A stretch of DNA of 64,000 bases from Eledone cirrhosa (GCA_964016885.1 OZ024742.1:322400001-322464000); one strand, 5' to 3'. Shown: positions 36,580 through 51,525, numbered from the stretch's first letter. A program made the numbers and translations. Notes: generated by a model from the sequence alone, not told the origin.

Positions 36580-36663
36580 GGAAAGAATGACTTCACTTGT
36601 AGTTCTAAACAATTTAATTTAATTTTATATTATCATTTGGTAGACACACACACAATGCTAAAC

Positions 36664-36720
<57 letters not shown>

Positions 36721-37565
36721 TTTTTTATATAATGCTAAACAATACCCACACACAGGTATGCGTGTGCATATATATATATACACTCATAATGTTATACAAT
36801 ATATACACATATAGATATATATATATATATATATATAAATTTTAAATATATGCACACATAGATATGTACACATACTCAACTCATATCCACACGAACACCC
36901 ACACAGACTTACTGTATCTGTACATATACAGATAACATATTTGTGTTGTTTTTATACACACACACACACATATATGCTTATAATAACAGACTCTTATTTA
37001 TGTATGTAGGTATATATATATATATATATATATAGATAATACACACATACATATTTGTGTGTAGGTAGGTATGTATATATGCATGCACACACATATATAT
37101 ATATAATAATATATATACACATGTGTATATAATTGTGTTTATATTTTTACAGATTCACTATCTATGAGAGAATATGTTTGTATGTATACAACATACTTAT
37201 GATCCCCGTGAGTGGGTGTTTCGTGGTTCTCTTTTGCTATATATCGATATATCAATCTGTGTGTGTGTATCACAATATTTTCTTTTACATTTCTAGTGTG
37301 TTTTATATATGTGTGTGTATAATATATATAGTATATGTTTATATAGTGAATATGCATACACATACATACTGTGTATGTAAACATATGCACGCGTTATGTT
37401 TATAAAACACTAGAAATGTAAAAGAAAACTGTGTGTGTGTGTGTATATACACTTCTACTTATATATATATACACAAACGACTGCGTGTGTGTGTATGTAT
37501 TGCTATATATTCCAGGTGACTTTTTAAATATATAATATATTGGCAGCTTGACCCTCCCAAAGTAT

Positions 37566-37606
<41 letters not shown>

Positions 37607-38705
37607 CACACACACAAACGTCTGCGTGAGTGTGTATGTATTGCCATATATTCCAGGTGGTTCTTAAATATTCTCGTCTGCAACTCTTCTATTCCTCATT
37701 TCCAATCACCAATTTCTCCCCCACTCTCTCTCCTGTTCTTTTTGTCATATAGTTATATACTCTCTATCAATTCCATATCATATACGTTGTATATATTCAC
37801 GCATGTGTGTATAAATAATTATAGTGTATATATTTATATCTTTAATATATCTCATATAAAATAATACAGCCAATTATCCACACAATACAATATAGTTAGC
37901 ACTCCAAACGTTTAATTGGGAATATACTCCGGTATTTCCTAATGTTTGTTGAGTGAGTTGGAAATTGGTCGGAGTATCGCTAACATCTTTCTCCGTTTAT
38001 GTAGTTTTATATATATATATATATACACTAATCTGTCTCTGGGTGCCATCTGTATTACTACTGTCCGCGAAGGACAAACGTCTTCTTTCATTTTAGCATC
38101 AACACTAGTTGTACATTTATACTTATTCCTTCGTTTGTCTGTAATATTTATGCGTGTATATTATTATATATACTCACATATACTTGCGCATTGTGTCTAT
38201 ATGTGTGCACGAAACACTCGGCCCTCGAGTCACTAGTATATACATAAATACACACACTCCTGGGTTAGAGATACTCGCTTGCTCCCTGTAATATTTTTAA
38301 AAGGATAACTAAAAACAGCAACAATATTAGAGTGAAAATTAGATATATATTTTTACTAGGATAATGTATATAAAATTGTAAAAATTACTTTAACATCGTT
38401 TTAAATTGCCATGGAAGCTAGTGTTTAATACATTAATTCTTAACATCCTGTACCGCATGAAACCACATAAGCAAAACATTTTTGATAAGTATAAAATAGC
38501 ACTATGACTGCATCACATTAAAAATGAAAGCCTTTACTCTATCTTAGAATACATATTTTCACAATAATCTGTCTGCTAGAAAGATACTATATACATTGGA
38601 ATTAACAAACCCGTTGTTAAATATTTTCAACTAAAAATGTGTTATGGGTTAATGTTGAGATATGACTATCTTGTTTCAATGTTATGTACTGTGTATAGTA
38701 TAGAA

Positions 38706-39393
38706 CACAGGTTCTCAACCCATTTAGGCCAAACGCCCCCTTTTGTCCCTCGAAATCACGAAACGCCCCCCCCCCCCCCTATTTTACCATTTTTCAATAT
38801 ACTACTGATTCTTATATCAGTAGATTACTAAAAATTTGATGAACAATATTCCAAAGATGTGTGTATTATCTGATTGTGTGTTGTATGTGGTCCTAGATGT
38901 GTGTGCTACTCGCTTCTGTTTTATCTTTTCTTTTTTTTTTATTTGTAATATTATTTATACAATAGGGAATAAAATAGATCTACATAGTGTTAACTCGTTA
39001 CGGTTGAGTAAATAAGTTCAGACATGAAATACATTGTTATCCGTGAAGGAAAAATAAGATTCTAACTGGCTGCGCTCAAAGTGTCTTTGACCAAGTTGAC
39101 TGTGGGTTTTTCCCTTTTTAGGATCTCAATTACCGGTTAACGTCTCAATTACCGGACATGCCTGCACACCTGCTCACAGCTGCGGTCAGACTATAGTTAT
39201 GCTGTCTGCAAGCTCATTCAAATGCATTCACACTGGCTGTCTCAAAGACATACAAATATGGCTTATAAAACTTACCAAAATAAAGAGCCTTCCAGCGCCC
39301 CCTAACCCCCCCCCCGATCCAAACGCCCCCCTAACGCGACCATGCTCCCCCCCCCGGGTGCATATGTCCCCCCCCCCCCGTTGAGAACCTTTG
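38706..39393. mobile_element. hAT (Charlie/Buster-like) MITE
   Basis: TIRs CACAGGTTCTCAAC / GTTGAGAACCTTTG. Perfect 8-bp TSD GTATAGAA at 38698-38705 and 39394-39401. Subterminal AACGCCCCC repeats. Confidence 0.9.
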
Positions 39394-39964
39394 GTATAGA
39401 ATATATATATAAATTTTAGCCAACAGTGTATATACGCAGATGCAAAAAGCTTGTCTTCATATACCATATCTTAGTGGACAGGAAACAATCAGATGAACCA
39501 GTTTCAATCCTGTGCTGGAATTTTATCAATGATTGCATATTCTCTTTAACTGTCCATGAGGACACTGATTATAAACTTATTGCAGTATATATACATGTGT
39601 GTGTGTGTCTATATATGTGTGTGTGTGTGTATACATATGGTTCTGAGGTGGCATGTGTGGTGGGTACGTAGTGTTGAGGATAGATGGAGAGTGCTAGTAG
39701 GAGGGAGGGCTCATGTATGGTTCAGGTCATATTGTTTGTTTCTGGCCAGGTTTTCAACATAGTGCCAGCCCTCTTGGTCCTTTGTTAGCTCAGTTGGGAG
39801 GCTTAGTTTCTTAAGGTTGCTCTTCACTGCCTCATCCCATGGCTTCCAGACACTGGAATTACTCTGCATTTCTTTATGCAGCTGCTATCCTCCATGTATG
39901 TATGTACCTCCAAAACCCAGGAAAAGAGAAAAACAATCATGCAGCCCCCCCCCCCCCCCCCCCA

Positions 39965-41685
39965 TCAAGTGCAGGACCTCAGATTTGCCATGTCAAATGT
40001 CGGAGCAATGAGAGGTAAGTGCAGTAAGATTGTAGAAATGTTAGAGAAAAGTAGATGTGCGCTGTGTACAATAAATGAGGTGGAGGGGCGGCTCAGCCAG
40101 ATTCATCACAGGCAAGATCATCGGTACAAATTCTTCTGGGTGGGTAACAAAATTAGGGGTGGGGTAGGAATGCTCCTCACTGAGAAATGGGTAAACCAGG
40201 TAATTGAAGTAGTCGGAGTGAGTGATAGAAAAATAAATCTAGACTATCCTTGGGCAATACCACAGTCATGATACTATCTGCATACGCCCCACAAGCGGAA
40301 CTTGCTGACAAACATAAAGTCCATTTCTAAAATGCCCTCCTACAGACTGCCTCAATGACAGTTGACAGTGATCTTATGATCGCAGCTGATGATTTCAATG
40401 GACATATTGGGGAACATCATAACAAATTGCCTGTCATACATGGAGGCTACGGGTATGGCACAAGAAACAAGGAGGGGACTAGGCTTCTGGAGTTCTGTGA
40501 TGCTCTCAATTTAATGATCTGTAACATAAACTTCAAGAAACCAGCCAACCACCTGATTACCTACCAATCAGGAGAGCATACAAGCCAGATAGATTTCATT
40601 CTCACCAGGAAACAAGGCAGGCAAATGATCATAAATGCCAAGAATCTCCTTGGGGAGGAATGTATCAACATAGATTAGTTGTCAGTGACCTAAGAGTAAG
40701 GATTAGGTGGACCAAGAGACAAAAACCAGTCTGGAGAAGAAAGACATGGAAGCTGAGAGAAACCTCAGTAGGTAACAAATTTAGAGAAATCCTTCTCGAT
40801 GCCTATGGCAGTAAGGAAGAGGGGTTAGGGACATATAACATAGAGAAAAATTGGGAATTTCTATGGGACAACCTACTGGAAGCCATGTGCCAGGTCTGCA
40901 ACTGGAGCAAAGTCCAGCCAAGACAGAGGGTGATGTGGTGGTGAAATGACAAGATAGAAAGAGCCATTAAAACAAAATGACAAGCTTGGAAAAAATGGAG
41001 ACAAAGCAATAACAGATAGCTAGAAGGGAGGCCAGGCACCAAGTATATCCAACAAAGGGAGGCCAGGCACCAAGTATATCCAACAAAGGGAGAGGCAGAA
41101 AAGAAGTTTGCACATGTTTTGCGTTGTGAAGATCAGAGGCGTGAAGTGTTCAGGATCACAAGAGAGTATGCTAGATAAAGTTGTGATGTAGTTGGAGAAG
41201 AGTGTGTCCACCAGGGATCAGTCTTCAGCCCACTTGTGTTTTTCATCATCCTTCAGGCCATCACTGAGGAGTTTAAACTGGCACTCCATGGAAGCTCCTA
41301 TATGCTGATGACCTAGTCCTATTAGCTGAATCTGTAGGAGAGTTAGAGGCAACATTTCAAGTATGTAAAAAGAACCTAGAGTTGAAAGGCCTAAAAGTAA
41401 TTTAGCAAAGACAAGAGTCTTTTGTAGGAAAGTGGCCTTGTTCGATATGTCAGAAAGGGTTGGGCAGATATTCCATAAGGTCCACTCAATGTAAACTATG
41501 GATGCACAAGAGATGTGGGATTGTGGGCAGACTAATGGAAAAGATAGACTTTACATGCAGCGATGCACTGGGGATGTGAGCAGAAATTGCACATGTAAAA
41601 TATTCACTCAGCTGCCAGGGGTCTCCATAGAAGCTATTGAGAGCTTTAGCTACTTAGGCAATCAAATTAGCGGTGGGGGAGAGTG
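39965..41685 (+). mobile_element. Degenerate RTE LINE including the AP-endonuclease domain, with a large internal deletion near 41207
   Basis: NVGAMRG, GGVGMLL, SAYAPQ, DFNGHIG, RLLEFCD, SQIDFIL, then HQGSVFSP and LYADDL. Confidence 0.88.
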
Positions 41686-42363
41686 CGCCTTTCATTTTGA
41701 GGGAAAAGCCTTTTATAACTAGCAGTGGTAGTAGTTCCCTGAACATCTTCCATCCCGTTCTCACTTTGGCTACTGTACTTTCAGAACACCCTCTGCTGCT
41801 GCTAATTTGGTCACCCAGGTAGCAGAAGCTATCTACTGCTTCTACCGAACCTTCTCGGAATTTGACAGTGCTCGTTTCCTGTGGTCATTTGCTGCTTACT
41901 GCTCCTGTGCAATGGCTACATGTAAAACTTACATACTTAGCTAAACTTCCTGAGATCCCACAACATCTTTTGTGTACCCATAGTTTGCATTTGGTACAAA
42001 GGATGGAATTTCTACCTACACCTTTTCTATACACTGAGCAAGACCATTTCCTCGAGGGGATCAAGGCCCTGTTTTCTCTTCTACATACCTTAGTCTTTGT
42101 CAGGTTGACTTTAAGGCCCTTTGTTTCTAGGCTTTACTTCCATATTTAGAATTGCTTCTCTTGTTCTGCCATAGACTCGGCTATGAGTGTAAGATCAGTC
42201 GCATACAGGAGTTCCCATGGGCAACTGGTCTTAAGCTCCTCTATTATAGCTTGCAGTATGATAATAAACAGGAGAGGGCTAAGAACAGAGTTATGATGTA
42301 CACTAACCTGCGCACTAAATTCCTCGCTATAGTCGTTAATCCTAACTTTGCTGACTGCTTCCC
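41686..42363 (-). mobile_element. Degenerate RTE (A/B-like) RT fragment in opposite orientation
   Basis: AVSKVRINDYSEEFS..SVLSPLLFIIILQAI..CPWELLYATDL. Confidence 0.85.
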
Positions 42364-42374
42364 TATATATATAT

Positions 42375-44000
42375 GTATACAGCAAGGTTGTAAGCACACA
42401 TGCTTGATATACTTCAACTTTTGTGTGCACACTGATATCTGCCTGTGACCACAGGCATTTCTCCAGCTTACCAAAGGCATCGGAAGCTTTAAACAGCTGT
42501 TAGCTGACCTCTTCATCAAAAGTGCTTGTTCTGGGGATAGTACTATCCAGGTAGATGAACTTATCCACAACCTTCAATATTCTTTTTTGACAGATGTGGA
42601 TGGTGGAATATGTGGCTTTCCAGGTGCATGTTGATACATCACCATTGTCTTTTTTCAGGCTGATTGTTAGCCATAATTCATCTCACACTGCTAAGAAGTA
42701 ATCCATCTTCTTTCATGTGGTTAACAAGGTCACTGCATAAAGACAAATCAAAGATCACATTTCAGTGCAATATATGATTTTGATACTGTTAGGAAGCGTC
42801 ATGTTAAAGAGCCTTCCTGTTATTAAAAAACGTTATATATGCCAGTATCGGTGTTGGTGAATGCGTTTAACAAAACAATGTAAAGATGGCAAAAAATAAA
42901 GTGGGAGCAAGCAGGTCACCCTGTTTTACGCCTGTCTCAACTGAGAAAGGTTCTAGGAGTTCACCATTGAAACAAACCCACACTCTCATGTCATCATTCA
43001 ATGACCTTATAATTCTCGTAAACTTCTCGGGGGGTACTTTAAAGGGTTTGCCTGTTGACAGTGTCAAAGGCCTTTGTGAGATCAGTGACGCTGTTACTCC
43101 TTACACTTCTGCATTTGCTGTGCAATGAAGATCATGTCTCCAGTGCCTTGATATGGACAGAAATCACACAGATTTTGGCAGCAATGGGCGTCAGCAGATG
43201 ATTAAGAAATTTAACAAAGGTTTTACCAACAACTGATAGTAAAGAAATACCATGGTAATTGTCACAAACATCTTTGGGTCCCTTCTTGAAGAGGGAGAAA
43301 AGAATAGCATTCTTCCAGTCCCTCTGCATCCTTCACCTGGTGATATGTTATGCAACAGATTGTTTACTTTAGGACCACCTTGTTGCACTATTTCAGCCAC
43401 TATACCATCTTTCCTGGGTGCTTTGCCAATGTTCATTTGTCTCACTTTAGTCTTAACCTCTTCCAGTGTGGGAGGATCATCAAGCTTGTTATTGACAGGA
43501 GCCTACTCCATGGCCTCAATCATGTTAGGATTGTCAAGAGATGCATGGCTTTGGAAGTTATTATAATATTCGTGCCTTCTTGTCTTGATTTCATCAGGCT
43601 TGCATAACACTTTCTTTCCATTCTTCTTTAACGGCAATTGGGGAAATACTGTGGTGGGTGGGCCATATACTGTATGCAGTTTGTGATATAATGCATCTCG
43701 TCTTTCTGCTGAGGCTTGTATTCAATGTGCTTTGTTGTGCCACCATGAATCTTTTGCTTCTTGGAGTTTGCACTGCATCCGTACATTACATTCTTTGAAA
43801 GCCTTCTCCAGCTGAGATTTTTCTGCTCTTTCCTTGGAACATAGCAAGAACGTCCAGACATGCTTTCTTTTTCCCTAGAAAGGTTTCTACTAGTGGTTCA
43901 TTTGCAGTAAATCAGTTGTGATGTTTTTTCTCTGCATAACCGTAAGTCTTCATAAAGCTGTTTGCTGAAAGACCATCATCACTTGAGACTTTAATTTGCT
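42375..44000 (-). mobile_element. Old BovB-like RTE LINE
   Basis: GKAPRKDGIVAEI, FKKGPKDVCDNYHGISLLSVVGK, VETGVKQGDLLAPTLF, TKVEVYQACVLTTLLY. Confidence 0.85.
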
Positions 44001-44762
44001 GAACTGCTTATATGTATATATCATCATCATCTCTGTTTAACATCCATTTTTCCACGCTGGCATGGGTTAGATGAGTTATCCTGTTGTGAGCAATGCCAGG
44101 TCAGGTGACTGTCTTGCTTGTACATACATATGTATATATCGTCGTCATATGTCCATTGTTCCATGCTTGCATGGGTTGGACAGATCCTTCTCGGTACAAC
44201 ATCTCTCCACTTGTTATATTCCTTTGTCTAGACTGCTCCCAGAGAAAGACCAGTCACGCTGTTCAAACCTGGCTGGTCTCAACTTTTTCTTATTCTCTCT
44301 ATTTCTCGTTATTCTTTCTCTTCTTCCTCTCTTTTGTTTTTCCCCTCTCGGTCCACCCCCTCTTTCTTTCTTTCTTGTTCTTACTCCTATTTCTACTCCT
44401 CTCTCCAGTGAAAATATCTACAAAATTCATTGTTTTAGTATTTGTTGTAGTTATTCCAAAATACATTCTACTTGAGACTGTCACTCCCAGACATTGGAGT
44501 TTTCAGTAAGTGTGTGTGTCTCTGTCGTTGATTTGTCAACCATTAAATACTTGATAGATTTTCTGATTCTCCCCCCCCCCCCTCATATGAAACAGCACTC
44601 ATTTCATCTCATGAAAAATTGAAGCTTTTAGTTTACTGTAAATTTTCGCAAAAATGTGTTCAGTAGTGAAGATACTATAAATGTTGGAATTAACCTGTTT
44701 TTAGATATATTTTTTTCTAAATCATTACAGTATGTTAAGAGTTAATCACTATATACATATAT

Positions 44763-45113
44763 CATCATCATCATCATTTTACGTCCGCCTTTCCCTGCTT
44801 GCAATCGAATTGGGCTTGCACCAGTTTACTCAGCTGTAGAAATGAGATGATACGACTGGAGTCCCTATCATTCCATTGCAAAGTGGTCATGGAGGTGCCA
44901 TGGCAAAAAAGCACCCAGCCCACACTGTAAAAGTGGACGTGTAAGCGCCACGGAAAAAAAGCACCCAGCACTCACTGTAAATGAGGTTGGAAGAGCATCC
45001 AGCTGTAGAAATCAAGCCAGTCAGTTCCCGTATGAGCAAGACAAGGTCAGCCAACAGGACAACACGTCTAACCCATGCTAGCGTGGAAGAACAGGCGTAA
45101 AACGGTGATGATG
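44763..45113 (+). mobile_element. SINE1/RTE-tail chimera preceded by an inverted tail fragment
   Basis: SINE1 body from about 44820, joined to an RTE-B-type terminus. 44763-44803 is a reversed (GAT)n tail. Confidence 0.7.
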
Positions 45114-45137
45114 ATATATACATACAAGATTTAATAT

Positions 45138-45214
45138 AGAAATGGCTTCTACAGGACTAAAACTGTTTCATTTGAAGGAATTCATCAAGGCTTTCCTGAT
45201 GACTTCCTTTGAAC
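45138..45214 (-). ncRNA. Degenerate H1 hammerhead inverted element
   Basis: Minus strand TTGATGA-att ccttca aat-GAAA-cagttttagtcctg-TA-gaagcc; plus strand ggctttc-CTGATGA half. Confidence 0.5.
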
Positions 45215-46904
45215 TTGAGACTCAAATATATATATATATATATATATATAATCTATGGATGCACAAGGGATATAATGTGAAAACAGACAGGTTGACAGAG
45301 AGGATTGATTTTGTATGTTACAGAAGTAAGCACAAGGGATATGCTTGAAATATTTTCCTTCACTCTCCTGAAAGTCTTCCTAGAGGTTCTTGACAGTTTT
45401 TATTGTCTAAGTGATCTAGTTGGCAGTGTATGTATGTGTGTGTGTGAGAATGGGCTAGAGGAGGTTAGTGGACATAATACCTCTTCTGACTATAAGCGGC
45501 TTCGCTCACTGGTTAATGAGTAGGCTGTGCTACATGACAATGAGATAGGGGTCTTGCTGGAGAGAGATGAGGTGAGTATACTCAGGTGATTGTGCATAAA
45601 TGCCATAGCATGAGCAAGCTGAGAGAGGGAGTCTGTATCAGAGAAATCTGATGTAGTGTGCAACAGGGTGGACTTTGATACCATGGACATGTAATTCATG
45701 TGGAGGATGTATAAAGAGGTGGATCTGGGAAGGTATGGGAGAATATGAAGACTGACCTTAGGAAGCTAAACATCATGACAGAAAACATAGGATTAAGATT
45801 GGTGAATTGTGGTCAGCTATCTGCATAAAAATGTGACCTGATCCATCCATGCCCCCTCCCCTCCACTCCATAGTAATTATTCTCATAATCACTTTACACA
45901 CCACACTCTACCCAGGGTCACCTCACCCTTAACACACTAGTCATAACTGTTCTCATCATCACAGTACCTCCCACATTATCTGAGATCACCCTCTCTCCTC
46001 TTTTTCATAACCCTGTTAAGCTTCACCAATCATTTTCACTAATGCTGGGGCACCACCTTTCCTTAGCCCCATATCAATCCCAGTACTTTTTTTCCTTCAA
46101 GTCAGTATTTGCTAAATTACAAAAAATACACATTTACACACATACTTCATTCCCTCTCTACCTTTTTCTCATATCTCCATCTTCTCTCTTTTCCTCTTTC
46201 TCTTCCTTCTTTGCCTTCTCCTCGATCCTTATTTATCAAATCAGCCCCCCCCCCCCCCCATCCACTTTTGACCTCATCACCAACCCCACACCATCACTTC
46301 AAACACTGTATCTTTGGTTATGAATCCTTTCATCTGTTTTACCCACAAATCTAATCTAATTAGTTTACATCATGTTATATATCTTGATATTTGACCTACC
46401 TTTGCCCTTTCTCGAGGTAATTTGTTATATCCCATTTTTCATAATTCATAGAGCTAGCTATTGCATGTAAAGTTAGGTTTGTTCCCAACTCAAACTTTCA
46501 TCCAGTCAGTCACTAAATATTTATGAAATGAAATGAAATGTACAACTCACACCTATGCAGGTTTAGCTGGCCTCTTAGAAATTGTTTCTTATAGGAGGTT
46601 TCTCAGGTATTTTAATAATAGAGGCCCTGGTGTTGTTGTTGTTGTTACTAGTCATATCTATGCAGGTTTAGCTGGCTTCCTAGAGATTGTATCTTATAGG
46701 AAACTTCATATGTTTTTTTTGATAGAGACCCTAGTCTTATCATGAAAGCACTTGCTCAAGAGTACAAGGCACCTCTTGATTCTGGAATCGAACCCACAAC
46801 TTTATGATCGTGAATCAACACCCTAACCTCTAGGCGATGTACCTTCAATGGCTATGCACCTCCATATCTTTACTGATAAACAGTTCTTGCTTGTACAAGT
46901 TAAC

Positions 46905-49255
46905 AAGAGGGTATTTGTGCTAGAAACAGCAGCCAAATCTCACCATGCTCTCTTATGTAAGAAAGGACATGCTGATCACTGTAGTGTTATACACATGCTT
47001 CAGGAAAATGTGATAGTCATGGCTACAACAACTTTGATCATATGTCTGAATTGGGTCTAAACAACATTGAGTTTTCCCATGCCATCAAACCCTGGCTTGT
47101 CGCTCTTCTCTACCAAATCTGGATCAGGGTATCATGTCTGAAAAAGGAGCCCATGAAAGGGGATGACTGATGCAGTGGATATTACTGGCTGTTTTTTGTG
47201 TAAACACTTTTATCATCTTGTTCAGGTGGATGGGCATTGCTGAGAGATGTTGTTCAACCGTGTGTTGAGTTCCCTTTTTGTTTTTGCCATGTATATTTGA
47301 AAAAAAAAAATGTTCATAAATACTTTAAAAATGTACATGTATAAACCAAAAACAGAACCTCCATTTGGCCAATTGATCTACTAGAAACAAGAGCCAAGTC
47401 TCCCCCAAATCATACCATACTGTCTTAAATAAAGAAGGTCACATTGGATAGTGTAGTACTAGGGATACATTGTCTGAATAAAGGACAAGATCACTGCTTG
47501 AATGTCTGATTAATAAGGTTGATTTAGGGTTGAACAACTGTACTCTAATCAATATAGAGCCTGATTCTTTTATTTCCTTTCATATTCAACCATATCATTA
47601 TAATACTATCCTGATATATTTGTACTCGTGTTCTCATCTTGGTTGTTATAGCCAGAAGGTTTTGGCCATTATATCCTGACCTTTTGAAGGCACTTGTCTT
47701 ATTCAGTAAAGGTTTCAGAATTTTTGGCTCTTTATTCAAACAACCATGGGTAGATTTTTCTTTTCTCTTTTTAACTCTTAATGTCCTGTAGCACATGAAA
47801 CCACATTAGAAAAAGATTCTTAAAAAGTACAAAACAGCATGTTTTGAGGAGTTAGTCTATATTTTAATACTGCAAATTTTCACAATGGTCTGTCCATTAG
47901 TGAAGATACTATAAACATTTGTATTGACAAACTTATTTTTATAGATCTTTGCAGGACATCATTATAGGATGTTAATAGTAGTACTGTTGGGCATGGCTTA
48001 AGGGAGATTTGCTTGCTATTTTTAGCAGGTCAAATGATTTCACAGAGGCTTCTACGTTGGCTCGATATGATAAGCAGATCAAGTGTGTACAACTGATAAA
48101 CAAGCAAATTCCATGTGTCAAATCTATTTTTAAAAAAGTTTTATTTGTCTAAATTTGGAAATTTATGAAAAATGTTTTAGAAACCAATTTATTAATGACA
48201 ATTTAGTGATTGTTAACGACAGTGTAGAGTGGTTGCTAATGCCAATGTTGAGTGATTGTACTCAATACAAAGAGAATAATTTGTGATCTGGCTGACATGA
48301 TTTTTTTTATTTGTTTGAATTTCTAAGATGAGAAATTATTATACCAATATTATTATTATTGTTAGGGTATCAAATCCCCCCCCCCCCCCGGATCGGATGC
48401 CAGTTCATTACAAAGTTAATCAGTTGCTGCTGATACTTATTTTCAGCTGAGCAGACTGAGGCAACACAAAGTGAAGTGTTTAATTCAAGAACACAATGTA
48501 CCACTCAGTCCAGGAATCAAACCCCTGACATTGTGATTGCAAGTGCAACACCTTAACTACTAGGCCATGTGCCTTAATAATCTCTTAAAGTCAAGTTCCT
48601 GCAAGTGGTGGAGCTAGTTGTTGGAGTGCCACTCTGTTTGACTGTGTGTGTGTCCATCATGGCATTTCAGTAGGCCTTAGACATGCTTGGTGGTGCCCTC
48701 TCCTCTCCAAGTGTCCAGTGTTTAGCCTGCCAGTATAAGTTGTTACCAAGGTGTGGCTGAAAATTGTCCTGGGGTCTCTTCGGCAATATCTAATTCCTTG
48801 AACCACCATCTTCTTTTGTTTTAGTTTGACTGTCTACTTCAAGTTTCTATTAATTGTAGTTGAGCCAATGAGGGAACTTTTACGTGGTCACTTGACCAGC
48901 AAGAAATAGCAATCAAATCTCCTTCAAACCACACTCTAGCATCTTGAAAATGAAAAGGACGCTGGATAATGTAGTCTAGTGTACACAGTTTAACTAAATC
49001 CATAAAGAATTTTGTTTAATGTGCTAGGCTAGCAATTCTGCAAGAGCCACAGAGGAATCTTCTGCATGTTATTCAACAAGCTTGAAATAGCCAAATCTAC
49101 CTCATATCATACCATCTTTAGAAAATGGAAGGACACATTAGATAATGGTGGTCTTGGATAGACTGTTTAAAAATAAAATAGATGGTATGTTCGTGGCTGA
49201 TAGGTTTTTGATGAAAGGTCATATTGATCATGGTTGACCTGGGGCTAAATATCAA
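46905..49255. repeat. Cluster of an unclassified interspersed repeat (several copies) plus degenerate SINE heads
   Basis: Recurrent AGAAA(C/T)AGCAGCCAAATCTC...GGACACATT.GATAATG at about 46920, 47380, 48900 and 49085; reversed at 48000 and 20860. Confidence 0.6.
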
Positions 49256-50069
49256 CCAGAATTAACTGATTTCAAACTTTAGGGAGTGAGTGGAATTTTT
49301 TTCTTTTTTATTGTGTTGCTTTTTCTAAATATACAACATTGACGTCTTAGGAAAATCAGCAAAAATCAATAGGATTTACTTTGATGTTGATAATCAATAT
49401 TCAATCAATCAAAAAAAAAAAAAAAAGCATGTTAAGATTGATTTGCTAAACTCTGTTGATAATAGATATTACTTTTTAAAATCTACAGTACTGGGGTCAA
49501 TGGTTTATGAATGAGATAGAGGTGGCTTCACTGGTATGTTATGAATGGTTGACATAAATTCAGTAGGAAGGTGATTTAATGGCAATATGGAGGGAAGCTA
49601 GAGCAAAGAATGGCAGGAATAGTGTTTAGGAAGATATTGGAAATAAGGTAAATGTGGTGATTCTGAATATGAAGTGCATGTCCTATATAGAATGGGGGTG
49701 GAATTTGAATATAGCTGTGTGGGGAAGGAGTTTGCTTTGCAGTCACATAGTTTCAGGTTTGATCCCATTGTATGGCACCTCAGAGCAAGTGTCTTTTACT
49801 ATAACCTTGGGTTGACTAATGTCTTGGTCTTTTGATTCTAAACATGGAAACAAAAAAGGTTAAGAAACCCTGCCTTACAATTTATCTAAACCCTTTTATA
49901 ACCACATTTCAAATAAAAAAAAAAACACTGCTGATATGTTTCAAATAATTAGGAGGGATTTAGTAATAGAACTAATTTTCTAATGATTAAGATGATTTTT
50001 GTTGCATAACTTAAAGGTTCTAACATAAAATTATGATGGAAGGTTTTTAGATAAATATACACATTTTAA

Positions 50070-50321
50070 CCCTTTCATTACCATATTTCTAATAAAAGAC
50101 ATTGCCTGTGATTTTGAAATAATTTTGTAAATAATAAAGAATTTGAAGGAATGTAGTAATATAACTTTCTCATTATTGATCAGGTGTTTAGAACATAACT
50201 TAATAAATGTGCTTATATGAAATTACGACAGAATATATTTAGATAAATATAAACATTACAAAACAATCAGTTTTGTAATGTAGAAGCAGGGTTGTTTTAG
50301 GTATGGCTGGTATCAAAAGGG
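50070..50321. mobile_element. piggyBac-like MITE
   Basis: TTAA|CCCTTTCATTACC ... GGTATCAAAAGGG|TTAA. Related copies at about 4060-4290, 31670-31950, 33810-34190, 49890-50065 and 58359-58612 (reverse). Confidence 0.75.
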
Positions 50322-50426
50322 TTAAGTCAATTATTCACACTACACAAACATCCATTCAATTTATAGCAATGAAAGCTAATCAAACAAGACAGTAAACCAA
50401 TAAAGTTGATGTATGTGTTTACTTAC

Positions 50427-50441
50427 CTGTGAAAATGTTAC
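50427..50441 (-). other. Candidate 15-nt microexon
   Basis: Minus strand: ACTAAT branch-like site ...CTCCTCTCTAACAG|GTAACATTTTCACAG|GTAAGTA. Confidence 0.35.
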
Positions 50442-50517
50442 CTGTTAGAGAGGAGCTAAATATATTAGTTTGTCTTTGCTACGTGGCAGCAGCAGCAGGT
50501 CTTGTAGTAGTAGCAAT

Positions 50518-51390
50518 AATGGTTTTTGATTTAGGCACAAGGCCAGCAATTTGGGGGGAGGGAAAAGTTGATTAAATCGACCCAAGTGCATGACGGTGCT
50601 TTATTTTATCGACCTCGGTGAAAGACAAAGCTAACCTCGGCGGGTTTGAACTCAGAATGTAAAGAGATGTAACTCTATGCTGCAAAGCATGTTGTCCGAT
50701 GCTTTACTGATACTGCCAATAATAATGGTTTCTAATTCATGCCCAAGGCCAGCAACTTTTTGGTAACAAGGAAAGTCAATTATACAGACCCCAGTACTTT
50801 ACTGGTATTTTTTATTTCATCAAGACCAGAACAGAAGCTCATAATGAAATACTGCTGTACAATTCACCAAACACACTAACAATTCTGCAAATTCACTGCC
50901 ATAATAATAATAATAAGGATTTCTACTATAGGTACAAGGTAGGGGGAGGTGAAAAGTCGATTAAATCAACCCCAGTGCATTACTGGTGCTTTATTTTATC
51001 AACCCCAAAAGGATGAAAGGCAAAGCTAACCTCAGTGGGATTTGAAATCGGAACATAAAGAGCCGTAATTCTATCCCATGAAGCATCTAGTCCGATGCTC
51101 CCTCGATTCTGCCAATCCAATGATGTCTAGCAATTTTGGGGAAGAGGTATGTTAATATCCACCACAAAAGAATGACAGGCAAAGTTGTCTTCAGGTGCAA
51201 ATCATTTTGTCTGATGCTCTAACGATTCTGCCAATTCACCACCTTGTGTAACAATAATGGTTTCTAATTAGGCATCAGGGGGGGAAAGTCAATTAAATTG
51301 ATTCCATTAGTTGAAAGGATGAGGCAAAGTTGTCTTTGATAAAATTTGAACTCAGAGCTGTGAGTTGGAATGAATACCACAAAGCATTCT
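50518..51390 (-). mobile_element. Tandem cluster of about five SINE family 2-related copies
   Basis: Repeated GGCACAAGGCCAGCAA...TTATTTTATCGACC...GGCAAAG...TTTGAACTCAG modules. Confidence 0.75.
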
Positions 51391-51525
51391 ATCCATGGTG
51401 GTGATGATGGTGATGGTAGTGGTGATGGTGGTGGTGGTGATGGTGGTGGTGATAGTAATGGTGGTGATTATAGTTGTGGTGGTGGTGTTCATGGTAATGA
51501 GTGATGGTAAATGGTAATAATGATA

